A stretch of DNA of 64,000 nucleotides from Escherichia coli. GTDB taxonomy: Bacteria > Pseudomonadota > Gammaproteobacteria > Enterobacterales > Enterobacteriaceae. Both the position numbers and the translations under genes were made by a program. Below the pieces are notes generated by a model that was not told where the DNA came from, made no database searches, and saw only the letters and a program-made list of their open reading frames with translations. Within the stretch, counting starts at the first letter, position 1. Each line of letters begins with the position of its first letter. The stretch lies in assembly GCF_003334785.1 (NCBI RefSeq), contig NZ_QOWV01000008.1, one strand, 5' to 3'. Positions 21,537-36,733 of this stretch are shown one piece after another.

Positions 21537-22901
21537 TTACTTACCAATACAGAAGCTGGAGAAAATCCGCCCCAGCAGGTCGTCTGAAGTAAATTCCCCG
21601 GTGATTTCGCTTAAGTTCTGCTGTGCCAGACGCAACTCTTCCGCCAGCAGTTCACCTGCCCAGGCTCCCAACAGTTGCGCTTTGCCCTGTTGTAGATGTT
21701 CCGCTGCCTGTTCCAGCGCCTGTAGGTGGCGACGACGCGCCAGGAAGCCGCCTTCCATGTTGGTGTCAAAGCCCATGCTCTGTTTGAGATGGTTACGCAG
21801 CACGTCCACGCCTTCACCAGTCCTTGCCGAGAGACGAATTAACGCGTGACCGTTCACTTCACTCATTCCCAGCGTTTCGCCGGTGATATCGGCTTTATTG
21901 CGCACCACGGTGATCGGCAGTTTCGCTGGCAGACGGGCAATAAATTCCGGCCAGATCTCTGCCGGATCCACGGCGTCTGTTGTGGTGCCATCGACCATAA
22001 ACAGCACGCGGTCGGCCTGTTCAATTTCCTGCCACGCGCGCTCGATACCAATACGTTCTACTTCGTCACTGGCTTCACGTAGCCCGGCGGTATCGATGAT
22101 ATGCAGCGGCATTCCGTCAATGTGGATATGCTCACGCAGCACGTCACGCGTAGTTCCGGCGATATCGGTTACGATTGCCGCTTCACGCCCCGCCAGCGCG
22201 TTTAACAGGCTCGATTTACCGGCGTTAGGACGTCCGGCAATCACCACTTTCATCCCTTCGCGCAACAAACTACCCTGACGTGCTTCAGCACGCACTGCAT
22301 CAAGATCGGCAATAACGTCATTGAGCTGGGCTTCAATTTTTCCGTCGGAGAGGAAATCGATCTCTTCATCGGGGAAATCAATTGCCGCTTCGACGTAAAT
22401 GCGCAAGTGGGTGAGGGCTTCTACCAGATGATTAACCCGTGCGGAGAATGCGCCTTGCAGCGAGTTAAGTGCCGAACGGGCCGCCTGTTCCGAACTGGCG
22501 TCGATAAGATCGGCAATCGCCTCGGCCTGGGCTAAGTCAAGTTTATCGTTAAGAAACGCGCGTTCGGAAAACTCACCAGGGCGAGCAATCCGCAGGCCGG
22601 GAATGGTCAGAATGCGTTTTAACAGCAGGTCGAGGATCACCGGACCGCCATGACCTTGCAGTTCCAGCACATCTTCGCCGGTGAACGAGTTCGGGCCAGG
22701 GAACCATAGCGCAATCCCCTGATCGAGCACGCTGCCGTCGGCGTCTTTAAACGGAAGATAATCGGCGTAGCGCGGCTTAGGCAGTTTACCCAGCACGGTT
22801 TCGGCAACTTCACGGGCTTTGAAGCCGGAGATGCGCAGGATGCCAACGCCGCCACGTCCCGGAGGCGTGGCCTGGGCTACGATAGTGTCATTATCGCTCA
22901 T
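21537..22901 (-). CDS. mnmE: tRNA modification GTPase MnmE (TrmE)
   Basis: 454-aa ORF with G-domain motifs GRPNAGKSS and DTAG, C-terminal CIGK. Confidence 0.97.
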
Positions 22902-22951
22902 GATGTTCCTGTTGCTTTGTGTGGCGGATGCGCGGTGCTTATCCGCCCTAC

Positions 22952-22982
22952 GAAAAGAAAAAAGGCGGTCAACTGACCGCCC
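22952..22982 (-). terminator. Intrinsic terminator/attenuator between yidC and mnmE
   Basis: ggcggtca/tgaccgcc hairpin with U-run on minus strand. Confidence 0.55.
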
Positions 22983-23006
22983 TTATTTTAGCGAAAACTC
23001 ACCGAA

Positions 23007-24653
23007 TCAGGATTTTTTCTTCTCGCGGCTATGCAGGCCACGTTTTTCCAGACCACGGTAAATCAGCTGCTGCTGAATAATGGTTACCAGGTTGCTGACG
23101 ATATAGTACAGCACCAGACCTGACGGGAACCACAGGAAGAACACGGTGAAGATGACCGGCATAAAGGTCATGATCTTCTGCTGCATCGGGTCGGTCACTG
23201 TGGTCGGCGACATCTTCTGAATGAAGAACATCGTTACGCCCATCAGGATCGGCAGGATGTAGTACGGGTCCTGTGCCGACAGGTCGTGGATCCACAGTGC
23301 AAACGGTGCCTGACGCAGTTCAACGGAACCCATCAGCATGTAGTACAACGCCAGGAAGATTGGCATCTGGATCAGCAGCGGGAAGCAGCCGCCCAGCGGG
23401 TTAACCTTCTCAGCTTTGTACAGCGCCATCATTTCCTGGCTGATACGCTGTTTGTCATCGCCCAGACGCTCACGCATTGCCTGAATCTTCGGCTGCAACA
23501 TACGCATCTTCGCCATGGAGGTGTACTGCGCTTTGGTCAGCGGGTACATGATGCCACGAACGATAAAGGTGATGATGATAATGGAGAAGCCCCAGTTACC
23601 CACAAAGCTATGGATCCATTTCAGCAGTTTGAACAGCGGCTGAGAGATGAACCACAACCAACCGTAATCAACGGTCAGATCCAGGTGCGGAGCAACAGCT
23701 GCCATTTTGTCCTGGATTTCCGGGCCAACCCACAGGGTGCTGTTCATCGCGCCAGTCTGACCAGGCTGAACCAGTACCGGCTGAGATTTATAGCCGATAG
23801 CGGCGATGCCGTTACCCAGATTAGCGGTATAGAAGTTGTTGGTACCGTCGTTATGCGGGATCCACGCCGTCGCGAAATACTGTTGCAGCATCGCCACCCA
23901 ACCACCTTTCGAAGAGATGTTCAGGTTTTCGTTATCGGCAATGGTATCGAACTTGTATTTCTCATACTTCTCGTCAGGCGTGGAGTACGCCGCGCCACGG
24001 AAGGTGTGCAGTGCGAAGTTGCTGCTTCCGGTATCGAGATGCGGTGGCAGAGTGATGGATTGCTTCAACTGACCAAACGAGGAGATTTCCAGCGGTTTCT
24101 CGCCAGCGTTCTGCACGTTGTAGTTGACGTTGACAGCGTAATCACCACGTTTCAGGACAAACGTTTTGGTAAACGTGTTGCCTGCCGCGTCGGTATACGT
24201 CATCGGCACCTGCAGTTCGTTTTGACCTTCAGCCAGCACATAAGCGTCTTTTTCAACGTTATACAGCGGACGCGGGCCGTTAGCCGGGTTATCCGGGCCA
24301 TCACGACCGGTCAGACCGCTCTGTGCCTGATAAATAAACTGCGGTGAAGTTTCCAACAGCTGGAACGGCTGGGTAGAGTTCAGCTCTTTCGGGTAAGCAG
24401 GCAGCAGAGCTTGCTCAACATCACCACCACGGGTGTTGATGGTCAGATCAAGCACGTCGGTCTTAACCGAGATCAGTTTCCCCTGGCCACTGGCCGGTAC
24501 GCCCTGGTCGGCGGCGCTACCCGCTGCGGTGGTCGTTGTCTGCGTGGTCTGTTGGGCCTGAGGTTGCGGGTTTTTATCCTGCTCCCAGGCTTGCCAGATC
24601 ATGAAAGACACGAACAGCAAAGCGATGACTAAAAGATTGCGTTGCGAATCCAT
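23007..24653 (-). CDS. yidC: Membrane protein insertase YidC
   Basis: 548-aa ORF. Confidence 0.97.
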
Positions 24654-24655
24654 CG

Positions 24656-24913
24656 TTAGTGTTCTCTGGTATCAAATGGTCCGGGCGGGACGGGATCGTC
24701 ACCACCAGGGTGTAAAGGGTGGCATTTTAATACGCGTTTCACCGTCAACCAACTGCCTTTTATCACTCCAAACCTGCGCAATGCCTCAATTCCGTAGCTT
24801 GAACAGGTTGGAGTGAAACGACAATGCGGCCCGAGTAGCGGACTAATCAGGCGTTGATAGACCCGAATGAGGGCTATCAGGACCCGCGAGCCAGGCGACA
24901 GTGGCGGCGCCAT
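24656..24913 (-). CDS. yidD: Membrane protein insertion efficiency factor YidD
   Basis: 85-aa ORF; overlaps rnpA 3' end by 37 nt. Confidence 0.95.
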
Positions 24914-25236
24914 AATTTTTCCAACGCTTCCGAGAGAGCACGGTTATCGAGGTCGGCAACCCCTTTTTTCGCCACCACCACGAAATCCATAGCCGGGAGT
25001 TCATGTTGGCGCAGACGGAAGCTTTCACGCGTCAGACGTTTAATCCGATTGCGTTCATGGGCGCGTCGAACGTTTTTCTTGGCGACTGTAAGACCGATAC
25101 GGGGATGCCCCAGCGAATTCAGGCGGCCGAGAATGGTAATTTGCGGCGTGCCAGCCCGTTGTGGCTGCTGGAAGACGAATGTGAATTGACTGGGAGTTAA
25201 CAAGCGTAACTCCCTGGGAAATGCGAGCTTAACCAC
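24877..25236 (-). CDS. rnpA: RNase P protein component RnpA
   Basis: 119-aa basic ORF. Confidence 0.97.
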
Positions 25237-25252
25237 TCAGGGGTTAGCTTTA

Positions 25253-25405
<153 letters not shown>

Positions 25406-25781
25406 CTAAACTTGAATAAATTCAATGGCTTTATTGGATATCCGCCGAAAAATGAAACGATGGACACCGAAGCCATGGGTGATTAAAGAGGCCGGATTGT
25501 AATAATTGTACACTCCGGAGTCAATTCTCTTTCCTTATTTACCGCGCTTTTCCGCACCTTTTCGCAGGGAAAATGTACGACCTCACACCAGTGGAAACCA
25601 GCATGGCGCGCCGGGTGGAGGATTATACGGGCTGATGGGTAAAGCGCAAGGATCGTCCTGGATCTTTATTAGATCGATTAAGCCAATTTTTGTCTATGGT
25701 CATTAAATTTTCCAATATGCGGCGTAAATCGTGCCCGCCTCGCGGCAGGATCGTTTACACTTAGCGAGTTCTGGAAAGTCC

Positions 25782-25790
25782 TGTGGATAA
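25782..25790. promoter_or_regulatory. DnaA box (TTATCCACA) in dnaA promoter region
   Basis: tgtggataa is the reverse complement of the consensus; lies within a GATC cluster upstream of dnaA. Confidence 0.7.
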
Positions 25791-25999
25791 ATCGGGAAAA
25801 TCTGTGAGAAACAGAAGATCTCTTGCGCAGTTTAGGCTATGATCCGCGGTCCCGATCGTTTTGCAGGATCTTGATCGGGCATATAACCGCAGACAGCGGT
25901 TCGTGCGTCACCCTCAAGCAGGGTCTTTTCGACGTACGTCAACAATCATGAATGTTTCAGCCTTAGTCATTATCGACTTTTGTTCGAGTGGAGTCCGCC

Positions 26000-27403
26000 G
26001 TGTCACTTTCGCTTTGGCAGCAGTGTCTTGCCCGATTGCAGGATGAGTTACCAGCCACAGAATTCAGTATGTGGATACGCCCATTGCAGGCGGAACTGAG
26101 CGATAACACGCTGGCCCTGTACGCGCCAAACCGTTTTGTCCTCGATTGGGTACGGGACAAGTACCTTAATAATATCAATGGACTGCTAACCAGTTTCTGC
26201 GGAGCGGATGCCCCACAGCTGCGTTTTGAAGTCGGCACCAAACCGGTGACGCAAACGCCACAAGCGGCAGTGACGAGCAACGTCGCGGCCCCTGCACAGG
26301 TGGCGCAAACGCAGCCGCAACGTGCTGCGCCTTCTACGCGCTCAGGTTGGGATAACGTCCCGGCCCCGGCAGAACCGACCTATCGTTCTAACGTAAACGT
26401 CAAACACACGTTTGATAACTTCGTTGAAGGTAAATCTAACCAACTGGCGCGCGCGGCGGCTCGCCAGGTGGCGGATAACCCTGGCGGTGCCTATAACCCG
26501 TTGTTCCTTTATGGCGGCACGGGTCTGGGTAAAACTCACCTGCTGCATGCGGTGGGTAACGGCATTATGGCGCGCAAGCCGAATGCCAAAGTGGTTTATA
26601 TGCACTCCGAGCGCTTTGTTCAGGACATGGTTAAAGCCCTGCAAAACAACGCGATCGAAGAGTTTAAACGCTACTACCGTTCCGTAGATGCACTGCTGAT
26701 CGACGATATTCAGTTTTTTGCTAATAAAGAACGATCTCAGGAAGAGTTTTTCCACACCTTCAACGCCCTGCTGGAAGGTAATCAACAGATCATTCTCACC
26801 TCGGATCGCTATCCGAAAGAGATCAACGGCGTTGAGGATCGTTTGAAATCCCGCTTCGGTTGGGGACTGACTGTGGCGATCGAACCGCCAGAGCTGGAAA
26901 CCCGTGTGGCGATCCTGATGAAAAAGGCCGACGAAAACGACATTCGTTTGCCGGGCGAAGTGGCGTTCTTTATCGCCAAGCGTCTACGATCTAACGTACG
27001 TGAGCTGGAAGGGGCGCTGAACCGCGTCATTGCCAATGCCAACTTTACCGGACGGGCGATCACCATCGACTTCGTGCGTGAGGCGCTGCGCGACTTGCTG
27101 GCATTGCAGGAAAAACTGGTCACCATCGACAATATTCAGAAGACGGTGGCGGAGTACTACAAGATCAAAGTCGCGGATCTCCTTTCCAAGCGTCGATCCC
27201 GCTCGGTGGCGCGTCCGCGCCAGATGGCGATGGCGCTGGCGAAAGAGCTGACTAACCACAGTCTGCCGGAGATTGGCGATGCGTTTGGTGGCCGTGACCA
27301 CACGACGGTGCTTCATGCCTGCCGTAAGATCGAGCAGTTGCGTGAAGAGAGCCACGATATCAAAGAAGATTTTTCAAATTTAATCAGAACATTGTCATCG
27401 TAA
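26000..27403 (+). CDS. dnaA: Chromosomal replication initiator DnaA
   Basis: 467 aa from GTG start ([14 protein letters not shown]); AAA+ Walker [10 protein letters not shown]. Confidence 0.98.
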
Positions 27404-27407
27404 ACCT

Positions 27408-28507
27408 ATGAAATTTACCGTAGAACGTGAGCATTTATTAAAACCGCTACAACAGGTGAGCGGTCCGTTAGGTGGTCGTCCTACGCTACCGATTCTCGGT
27501 AATCTGCTGTTACAGGTTGCTGACGGTACGTTGTCGCTGACCGGTACTGATCTCGAGATGGAAATGGTGGCACGTGTTGCGCTGGTTCAGCCACACGAGC
27601 CAGGAGCGACGACCGTTCCGGCGCGCAAATTCTTTGATATCTGCCGTGGTCTGCCTGAAGGCGCGGAAATTGCCGTGCAGCTGGAAGGTGAACGGATGCT
27701 GGTACGCTCCGGGCGTAGCCGTTTTTCGCTGTCTACCCTGCCAGCGGCGGATTTCCCGAACCTCGATGACTGGCAGAGTGAAGTCGAATTTACCCTGCCG
27801 CAGGCAACGATGAAGCGTCTGATTGAAGCGACCCAGTTTTCTATGGCGCATCAGGACGTTCGCTATTACTTAAATGGTATGCTGTTTGAAACCGAAGGTG
27901 AAGAACTGCGCACCGTGGCAACCGACGGCCACCGTCTGGCGGTCTGTTCAATGCCAATTGGTCAATCTTTGCCAAGCCATTCGGTGATCGTACCGCGTAA
28001 AGGCGTGATTGAACTGATGCGTATGCTCGACGGCGGCGACAATCCGCTGCGCGTACAGATTGGCAGCAACAACATTCGCGCCCACGTTGGCGACTTTATC
28101 TTCACCTCCAAACTGGTGGATGGTCGCTTCCCGGATTATCGCCGCGTTCTGCCGAAGAACCCGGACAAACATCTGGAAGCTGGCTGCGATCTGCTCAAGC
28201 AGGCGTTTGCTCGCGCGGCGATTCTCTCTAACGAGAAATTCCGCGGCGTACGTCTTTATGTCAGCGAAAACCAGCTGAAAATCACCGCCAACAACCCGGA
28301 ACAGGAAGAAGCGGAAGAGATCCTCGACGTTACCTATAGCGGTGCGGAGATGGAAATCGGCTTCAACGTCAGTTATGTGCTGGATGTTCTGAACGCGCTG
28401 AAATGCGAAAACGTCCGCATGATGCTGACCGATTCGGTTTCCAGCGTGCAGATTGAAGATGCGGCCAGCCAGAGCGCGGCTTATGTTGTCATGCCAATGA
28501 GACTGTA

Positions 28508-28508
<1 letters not shown>
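27408..28508 (+). CDS. dnaN: DNA polymerase III beta sliding clamp DnaN
   Basis: 366-aa ORF, 4 bp after dnaA. Confidence 0.98.
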
Positions 28509-32024
<3,516 letters not shown>

Positions 32025-32045
32025 TGGCGCTAACCATGCGAGCGT

Positions 32046-32144
32046 GCCTGATGCGCTACGCTTATCAGGCCTACGAAAATCTTGCAATGTATTGAATTTT
32101 CATGATTTTGTAGGCCGGATAAGGCGTTCACGCCGCATCCGGCA
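32046..32144. repeat. BIME: two REP elements in inverted orientation
   Basis: gcctgatgcgctacgcttatcaggcctac and gtaggccggataaggcgttcacgccgcatccggca. Confidence 0.7.
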
Positions 32145-32156
32145 AGAAGCTATAAG

Positions 32157-32188
32157 AAAAGGGCGGAGATCATCTCCGCCCTTTTTAT
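32157..32188 (+). terminator. Intrinsic terminator downstream of gyrB
   Basis: gggcggagatcatctccgccc hairpin followed by tttttattt. Confidence 0.65.
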
Positions 32189-32263
32189 TTCTGCAATCCG
32201 CAATTATCATCCCGCAAATCTATACTTTTTGGGTCAACACGTAACGCTTTACAGGTGATTATC

Positions 32264-32662
32264 ATGGGGCTTTTTGATGAAGTTGTCGGTGCCTTTCTGA
32301 AAGGCGATGCGGGGAAATATCAGGCTATTTTAAGTTGGGTTGAGGAGCAGGGCGGCATTCAGGTGCTGCTGGAAAAACTGCAAAGTGGCGGCTTAGGGGC
32401 CATTCTCTCAACCTGGCTGAGTAATCAACAGGGCAATCAATCGGTTAGTGGCGAGCAACTGGAATCGGCGCTCGGCACAAATGCGGTGTCCGATCTCGGG
32501 CAAAAACTTGGCGTGGATACCAGTACAGCTTCCATTTTACTGGCAGAACAATTGCCGAAGATTATTGATGCGCTCTCACCGCAAGGTGAAGTGTCACCAC
32601 AAGCCAATAACGATCTGCTTTCCGCAGGCATGGAACTGCTGAAAGGGAAACTCTTCCGCTAA
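32264..32662 (+). CDS. yidB: Uncharacterized protein YidB (DUF937)
   Basis: 132 aa from MGLFDEVVGAFLKG. Confidence 0.9.
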   Translation: MGLFDEVVGAFLKGDAGKYQAILSWVEEQGGIQVLLEKLQSGGLGAILSTWLSNQQGNQSVSGEQLESALGTNAVSDLGQKLGVDTSTASILLAEQLPKIIDALSPQGEVSPQANNDLLSAGMELLKGKLFR

Positions 32663-32776
32663 GCAAAAAGGGAGCACGCAACGCGCGTTGCATCCCCCTT
32701 TTCCCTCGGGTGTTGTACTGATTTTTGAGCGGAATCGCGTTAGCATGGGTCAGGAACCAATCTACCTGGGGAACTC

Positions 32777-33589
32777 ATGGCTATTAAACTCATTGCTATC
32801 GATATGGATGGCACCCTTCTGCTGCCCGATCACACCATTTCACCCGCCGTTAAAAATGCGATTGCCGCAGCTCGCGCCCGTGGCGTGAATGTCGTGCTAA
32901 CGACGGGTCGCCCGTATGCAGGTGTGCACAACTACCTGAAAGAGCTGCATATGGAACAGCCGGGCGACTACTGCATTACTTATAACGGCGCGCTGGTACA
33001 GAAGGCCGCTGATGGTAGCACCGTGGCGCAAACTGCTCTCAGCTATGACGACTATCGTTTCCTGGAAAAACTCTCTCGCGAAGTCGGTTCTCATTTCCAC
33101 GCCCTGGACCGCACCACGCTGTACACCGCCAACCGTGATATCAGCTACTACACGGTGCATGAATCCTTCGTTGCCACCATTCCGCTGGTGTTCTGCGAAG
33201 CGGAGAAAATGGACCCCAATACCCAGTTCCTGAAAGTGATGATGATTGATGAACCCGCCATCCTCGACCAGGCTATCGCGCGTATTCCGCAGGAAGTGAA
33301 AGAGAAATATACCGTGCTGAAAAGTGCGCCGTACTTCCTCGAAATCCTCGATAAACGCGTTAACAAAGGTACGGGGGTGAAATCACTGGCCGACGTGTTA
33401 GGTATTAAACCGGAAGAAATCATGGCGATTGGCGATCAGGAAAACGATATCGCAATGATTGAATATGCAGGCGTCGGTGTGGCGATGGATAACGCTATTC
33501 CTTCAGTGAAAGAAGTGGCGAACTTTGTCACCAAATCTAACCTTGAAGATGGCGTGGCGTTTGCTATTGAGAAGTATGTGCTGAATTAA
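32777..33589 (+). CDS. yidA: HAD-family sugar phosphatase YidA
   Basis: 270-aa ORF, Cof-type HAD motif IAIDMDGTLL. Confidence 0.95.
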   Translation: MAIKLIAIDMDGTLLLPDHTISPAVKNAIAAARARGVNVVLTTGRPYAGVHNYLKELHMEQPGDYCITYNGALVQKAADGSTVAQTALSYDDYRFLEKLSREVGSHFHALDRTTLYTANRDISYYTVHESFVATIPLVFCEAEKMDPNTQFLKVMMIDEPAILDQAIARIPQEVKEKYTVLKSAPYFLEILDKRVNKGTGVKSLADVLGIKPEEIMAIGDQENDIAMIEYAGVGVAMDNAIPSVKEVANFVTKSNLEDGVAFAIEKYVLN

Positions 33590-33634
33590 TCTGTGGGCGG
33601 GCAAACAGCATAAACGCGTTTGCCCGCTTACTGA

Positions 33635-34291
33635 TTATTGGTTTACTGCATATACAACCAGAAATTGCAGCGGTGCAGTAATGATGTCCAGCGTAACAGT
33701 CACTGGCAGTAATGCTGCGGAAACACCATCCGGAATGCCTCTGGGTGAATAGTATTCATAAAATCGCACTTTAAATGGATGGTAGAACGCCATCACCTTT
33801 GAGTAATCCATGTTTTTATTTTTCTCATGGATTGTGCCTTTTAGGTTTTCCAGTGACCTGGTACAGTGTTGAACACCACAGGCAAAACCATAATGCGTTG
33901 CCAGTGCCTTTTCTTCTTCGTTATTCCAGTAGTAGTAAAGCGATATTGTGCCGGTAAATTTCTTTTTCCCCGCATTTAAAACAAATCTTGCGTCATCGGC
34001 AACCTGAATATTGTGCCGGTTAAGTGCTGGATCATTGAGCATCTTAACGATGTCATCGGCACCATCAGTGATAAGGTAATCCAGCGATTCCCCTACAAAA
34101 ACATAGCCTTTTGTTCCATTACTATCTTTTGCCTGCGATAGCCCAGTGATGGTGTCTGACTGCGATTGATACTTTCCTGAACTACCCTTTGCGGTATGGG
34201 AAACCAGAGCATACGAGATACAGCCTGAAAGCATCAGCGCCAGTGGGAATAAACCGGCAACCTTAAAAAATCCCTTAAAATTCAACTTCAT
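33635..34291 (-). CDS. yidX: Putative lipoprotein YidX
   Basis: 218 aa from [24 protein letters not shown] (lipobox); the 257-aa ORF track entry includes an upstream extension. Confidence 0.85.
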   Translation of the reverse strand: MKLNFKGFFKVAGLFPLALMLSGCISYALVSHTAKGSSGKYQSQSDTITGLSQAKDSNGTKGYVFVGESLDYLITDGADDIVKMLNDPALNRHNIQVADDARFVLNAGKKKFTGTISLYYYWNNEEEKALATHYGFACGVQHCTRSLENLKGTIHEKNKNMDYSKVMAFYHPFKVRFYEYYSPRGIPDGVSAALLPVTVTLDIITAPLQFLVVYAVNQ

Positions 34292-34428
34292 GATTAATCC
34301 TTTAAACGAGTAGCTAAGCCGTTGAAAGCATACTCTTCTTTCCCTCCTGTTTAGCGCCTGATATCCCTTTTCAGATTTCTGCCCGACGCATGTCATTTTT
34401 TTATGCATTGTTCTTTTTGTGATCTAAA

Positions 34429-34502
34429 TTGTAGTACAACAATATAAGTTTGTACTACATTACACGCACGGCAAACGCGAACGTCATCACGCTGGTACTA
34501 CA
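34429..34502. promoter_or_regulatory. Putative DgoR operator: inverted repeats ttgtagtaca / tgtactaca plus a third gtactaca half-site
   Basis: Palindromic pair at 34429-34459 and extra half-site at 34495-34502, 65-140 bp upstream of dgoR. Confidence 0.5.
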
Positions 34503-34568
34503 AAGTTGCCGCGTTATGCATCGATCGGGGTAAAGTAGAGAAGAACATACAGAGCACAAGGACTCTCC

Positions 34569-35258
34569 ATGACTCTCAATAAAACCGATCGCATTGTCAT
34601 TACGCTGGGTAAACAGATCGTTCACGGCAAATACGTGCCAGGCTCGCCGCTTCCGGCTGAGGCGGAACTCTGTGAGGAGTTTGCAACCTCGCGCAACATC
34701 ATCCGTGAGGTGTTCCGTTCGCTGATGGCGAAGCGGCTGATTGAAATGAAACGTTATCGCGGGGCGTTTGTGGCACCGCGTAACCAGTGGAATTACCTCG
34801 ACACTGACGTACTGCAATGGGTGCTGGAAAATGACTACGACCCACGGCTTATCAGTGCCATGAGCGAAGTGCGAAATCTGGTGGAACCGGCGATTGCCCG
34901 TTGGGCAGCAGAGCGCGCGACTTCCAGCGATCTGGCGCAGATTGAATCGGCGCTGAACGAGATGATTGCCAACAATCAGGACCGCGAAGCGTTTAACGAA
35001 GCGGATATTCGCTACCACGAGGCGGTGCTGCAGTCGGTGCATAACCCGGTGTTACAGCAACTTAGCATTGCGATCAGTTCGCTGCAGCGGGCGGTTTTTG
35101 AACGAACCTGGATGGGCGATGAGGCCAACATGCCGCAAACGCTCCAGGAACATAAGGCGCTGTTCGATGCGATACGACATCAGGACGGCGATGCGGCAGA
35201 GCAGGCGGCGCTTACCATGATCGCCAGCTCGACACGAAGGTTAAAGGAAATCACATGA
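34569..35258 (+). CDS. dgoR: GntR/FadR-family repressor DgoR
   Basis: 229-aa ORF with N-terminal HTH. Confidence 0.95.
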   Translation: MTLNKTDRIVITLGKQIVHGKYVPGSPLPAEAELCEEFATSRNIIREVFRSLMAKRLIEMKRYRGAFVAPRNQWNYLDTDVLQWVLENDYDPRLISAMSEVRNLVEPAIARWAAERATSSDLAQIESALNEMIANNQDREAFNEADIRYHEAVLQSVHNPVLQQLSIAISSLQRAVFERTWMGDEANMPQTLQEHKALFDAIRHQDGDAAEQAALTMIASSTRRLKEIT

Positions 35259-36132
35259 CAGCTCGCTACATCGCAATTGACTGGGGATCGACCAATCTGC
35301 GCGCCTGGCTTTATCAGGGCGACCACTGCCTGGAGAGCAGGCAATCAGAAGCAGGCGTCACGCGCCTGAACGGAAAATCTCCGGCTGCGGTGTTAGCAGA
35401 AGTCACGACCGACTGGCGTGAAGAGAAAACGCCAGTGGTAATGGCAGGAATGGTTGGCAGCAACGTCGGCTGGAAAGTTGCACCGTATTTATCTGTTCCT
35501 GCCTGTTTTTCGTCTATTGGCGAACAATTAACGTCAGTTGGCGACAATATCTGGATTATTCCCGGATTATGTGTCTCTCATGACGATACCACAATGTGAT
35601 GCGCGGCGAAGAAACACAATTGATCGGCGCGCGAGCTCTGGCTCCTTCCTCTCTTTATGTCATGCCCGGAACCCATTGCAAATGGGTGCAGGCCGATAGC
35701 CAGCAAATCAACGATTTTCGCACCGTGATGACCGGTGAATTACATCATTTACTGTTAAATCACTCATTGATTGGCGCAGGTTTGCCGCCGCAGGAAAACT
35801 CTGCCGATGCCTTCACAGCTGGCCTTGAGCGTGGTCTTAATACGCCCGCCATATTGCCGCAGCTTTTTGAAGTTCGCGCCTCGCATGTGCTGGGAACACT
35901 TCCCCGCGAACAGGTCAGCGAATTTCTCTCTGGTTTGTTGATTGGCGCAGAGGTCGCCAGTATGCGCGACTATGTGGCCCATCAACACGCCATCACCCTT
36001 GTCGCCGGAACATCGCTGACCGCGCGCTACCAGCAAGCCTTTCAGGCGATGGGTTGCGACGTGACGGCGGTGGCGGGCGACACGGCATTTCAGGCTGGTA
36101 TAAGGAGCATCGCTCATGCAGTGGCAAACTAA
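35255..36132 (+). pseudogene. dgoK: 2-dehydro-3-deoxygalactonokinase dgoK, split by an apparent -1 frameshift near 35585-35598
   Basis: Two overlapping ORFs (35255..35599 and 35596..36132) in different frames together span 878 nt; one added base would give a single 292-codon ORF. Confidence 0.7.
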
Positions 36133-36733
36133 ACTCCCGCTGATCGCCATTTTGCGCGGTATTACGCCCGACGAGGCGCTGGCGCATGTTGGCGCGGTGA
36201 TTGACGCCGGGTTCGACGCGGTTGAAATCCCGCTGAATTCCCCACAATGGGAGCAAAGCATTCCCGCCATCGTTGATGCGTACGGCGACAAGGCGTTGAT
36301 TGGCGCAGGTACGGTACTGAAACCTGAACAGGTCGATGCGCTCGCCAGGATGAGCTGTCAGCTCATCGTTACGCCCAATATCCATAGTGAAGTGATCCGC
36401 CGTGCGGTGGGCTACGGCATGACCGTCTGCCCCGGCTGCGCGACGGCGACCGAAGCCTTTACCGCGCTCGAAGCGGGCGCGCAGGCGCTGAAAATATTTC
36501 CGTCATCGGCTTTTGGTCCGCAATACATCAAAGCGTTAAAAGCGGTATTGCCATCGGACATCGCAGTCTTTGCCGTTGGCGGCGTGACGCCAGAAAACCT
36601 GGCGCAGTGGATAGACGCAGGTTGTGCAGGGGCGGGCTTAGGCAGCGATCTCTATCGCGCCGGGCAATCCGTAGAGCGCACCGCGCAGCAGGCAGCAGCA
36701 TTTGTTAAGGCGTATCGAGAGGCAGTGCAATGA
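36116..36733 (+). CDS. dgoA: 2-dehydro-3-deoxy-6-phosphogalactonate aldolase DgoA
   Basis: 205-aa ORF, KDPG-aldolase family. Confidence 0.95.

Noticed and set aside
23286-24347. 353-aa plus-strand ORF opposite yidC
   Set aside because: Antisense shadow ORF within yidC; Arg/His-rich low-complexity translation.
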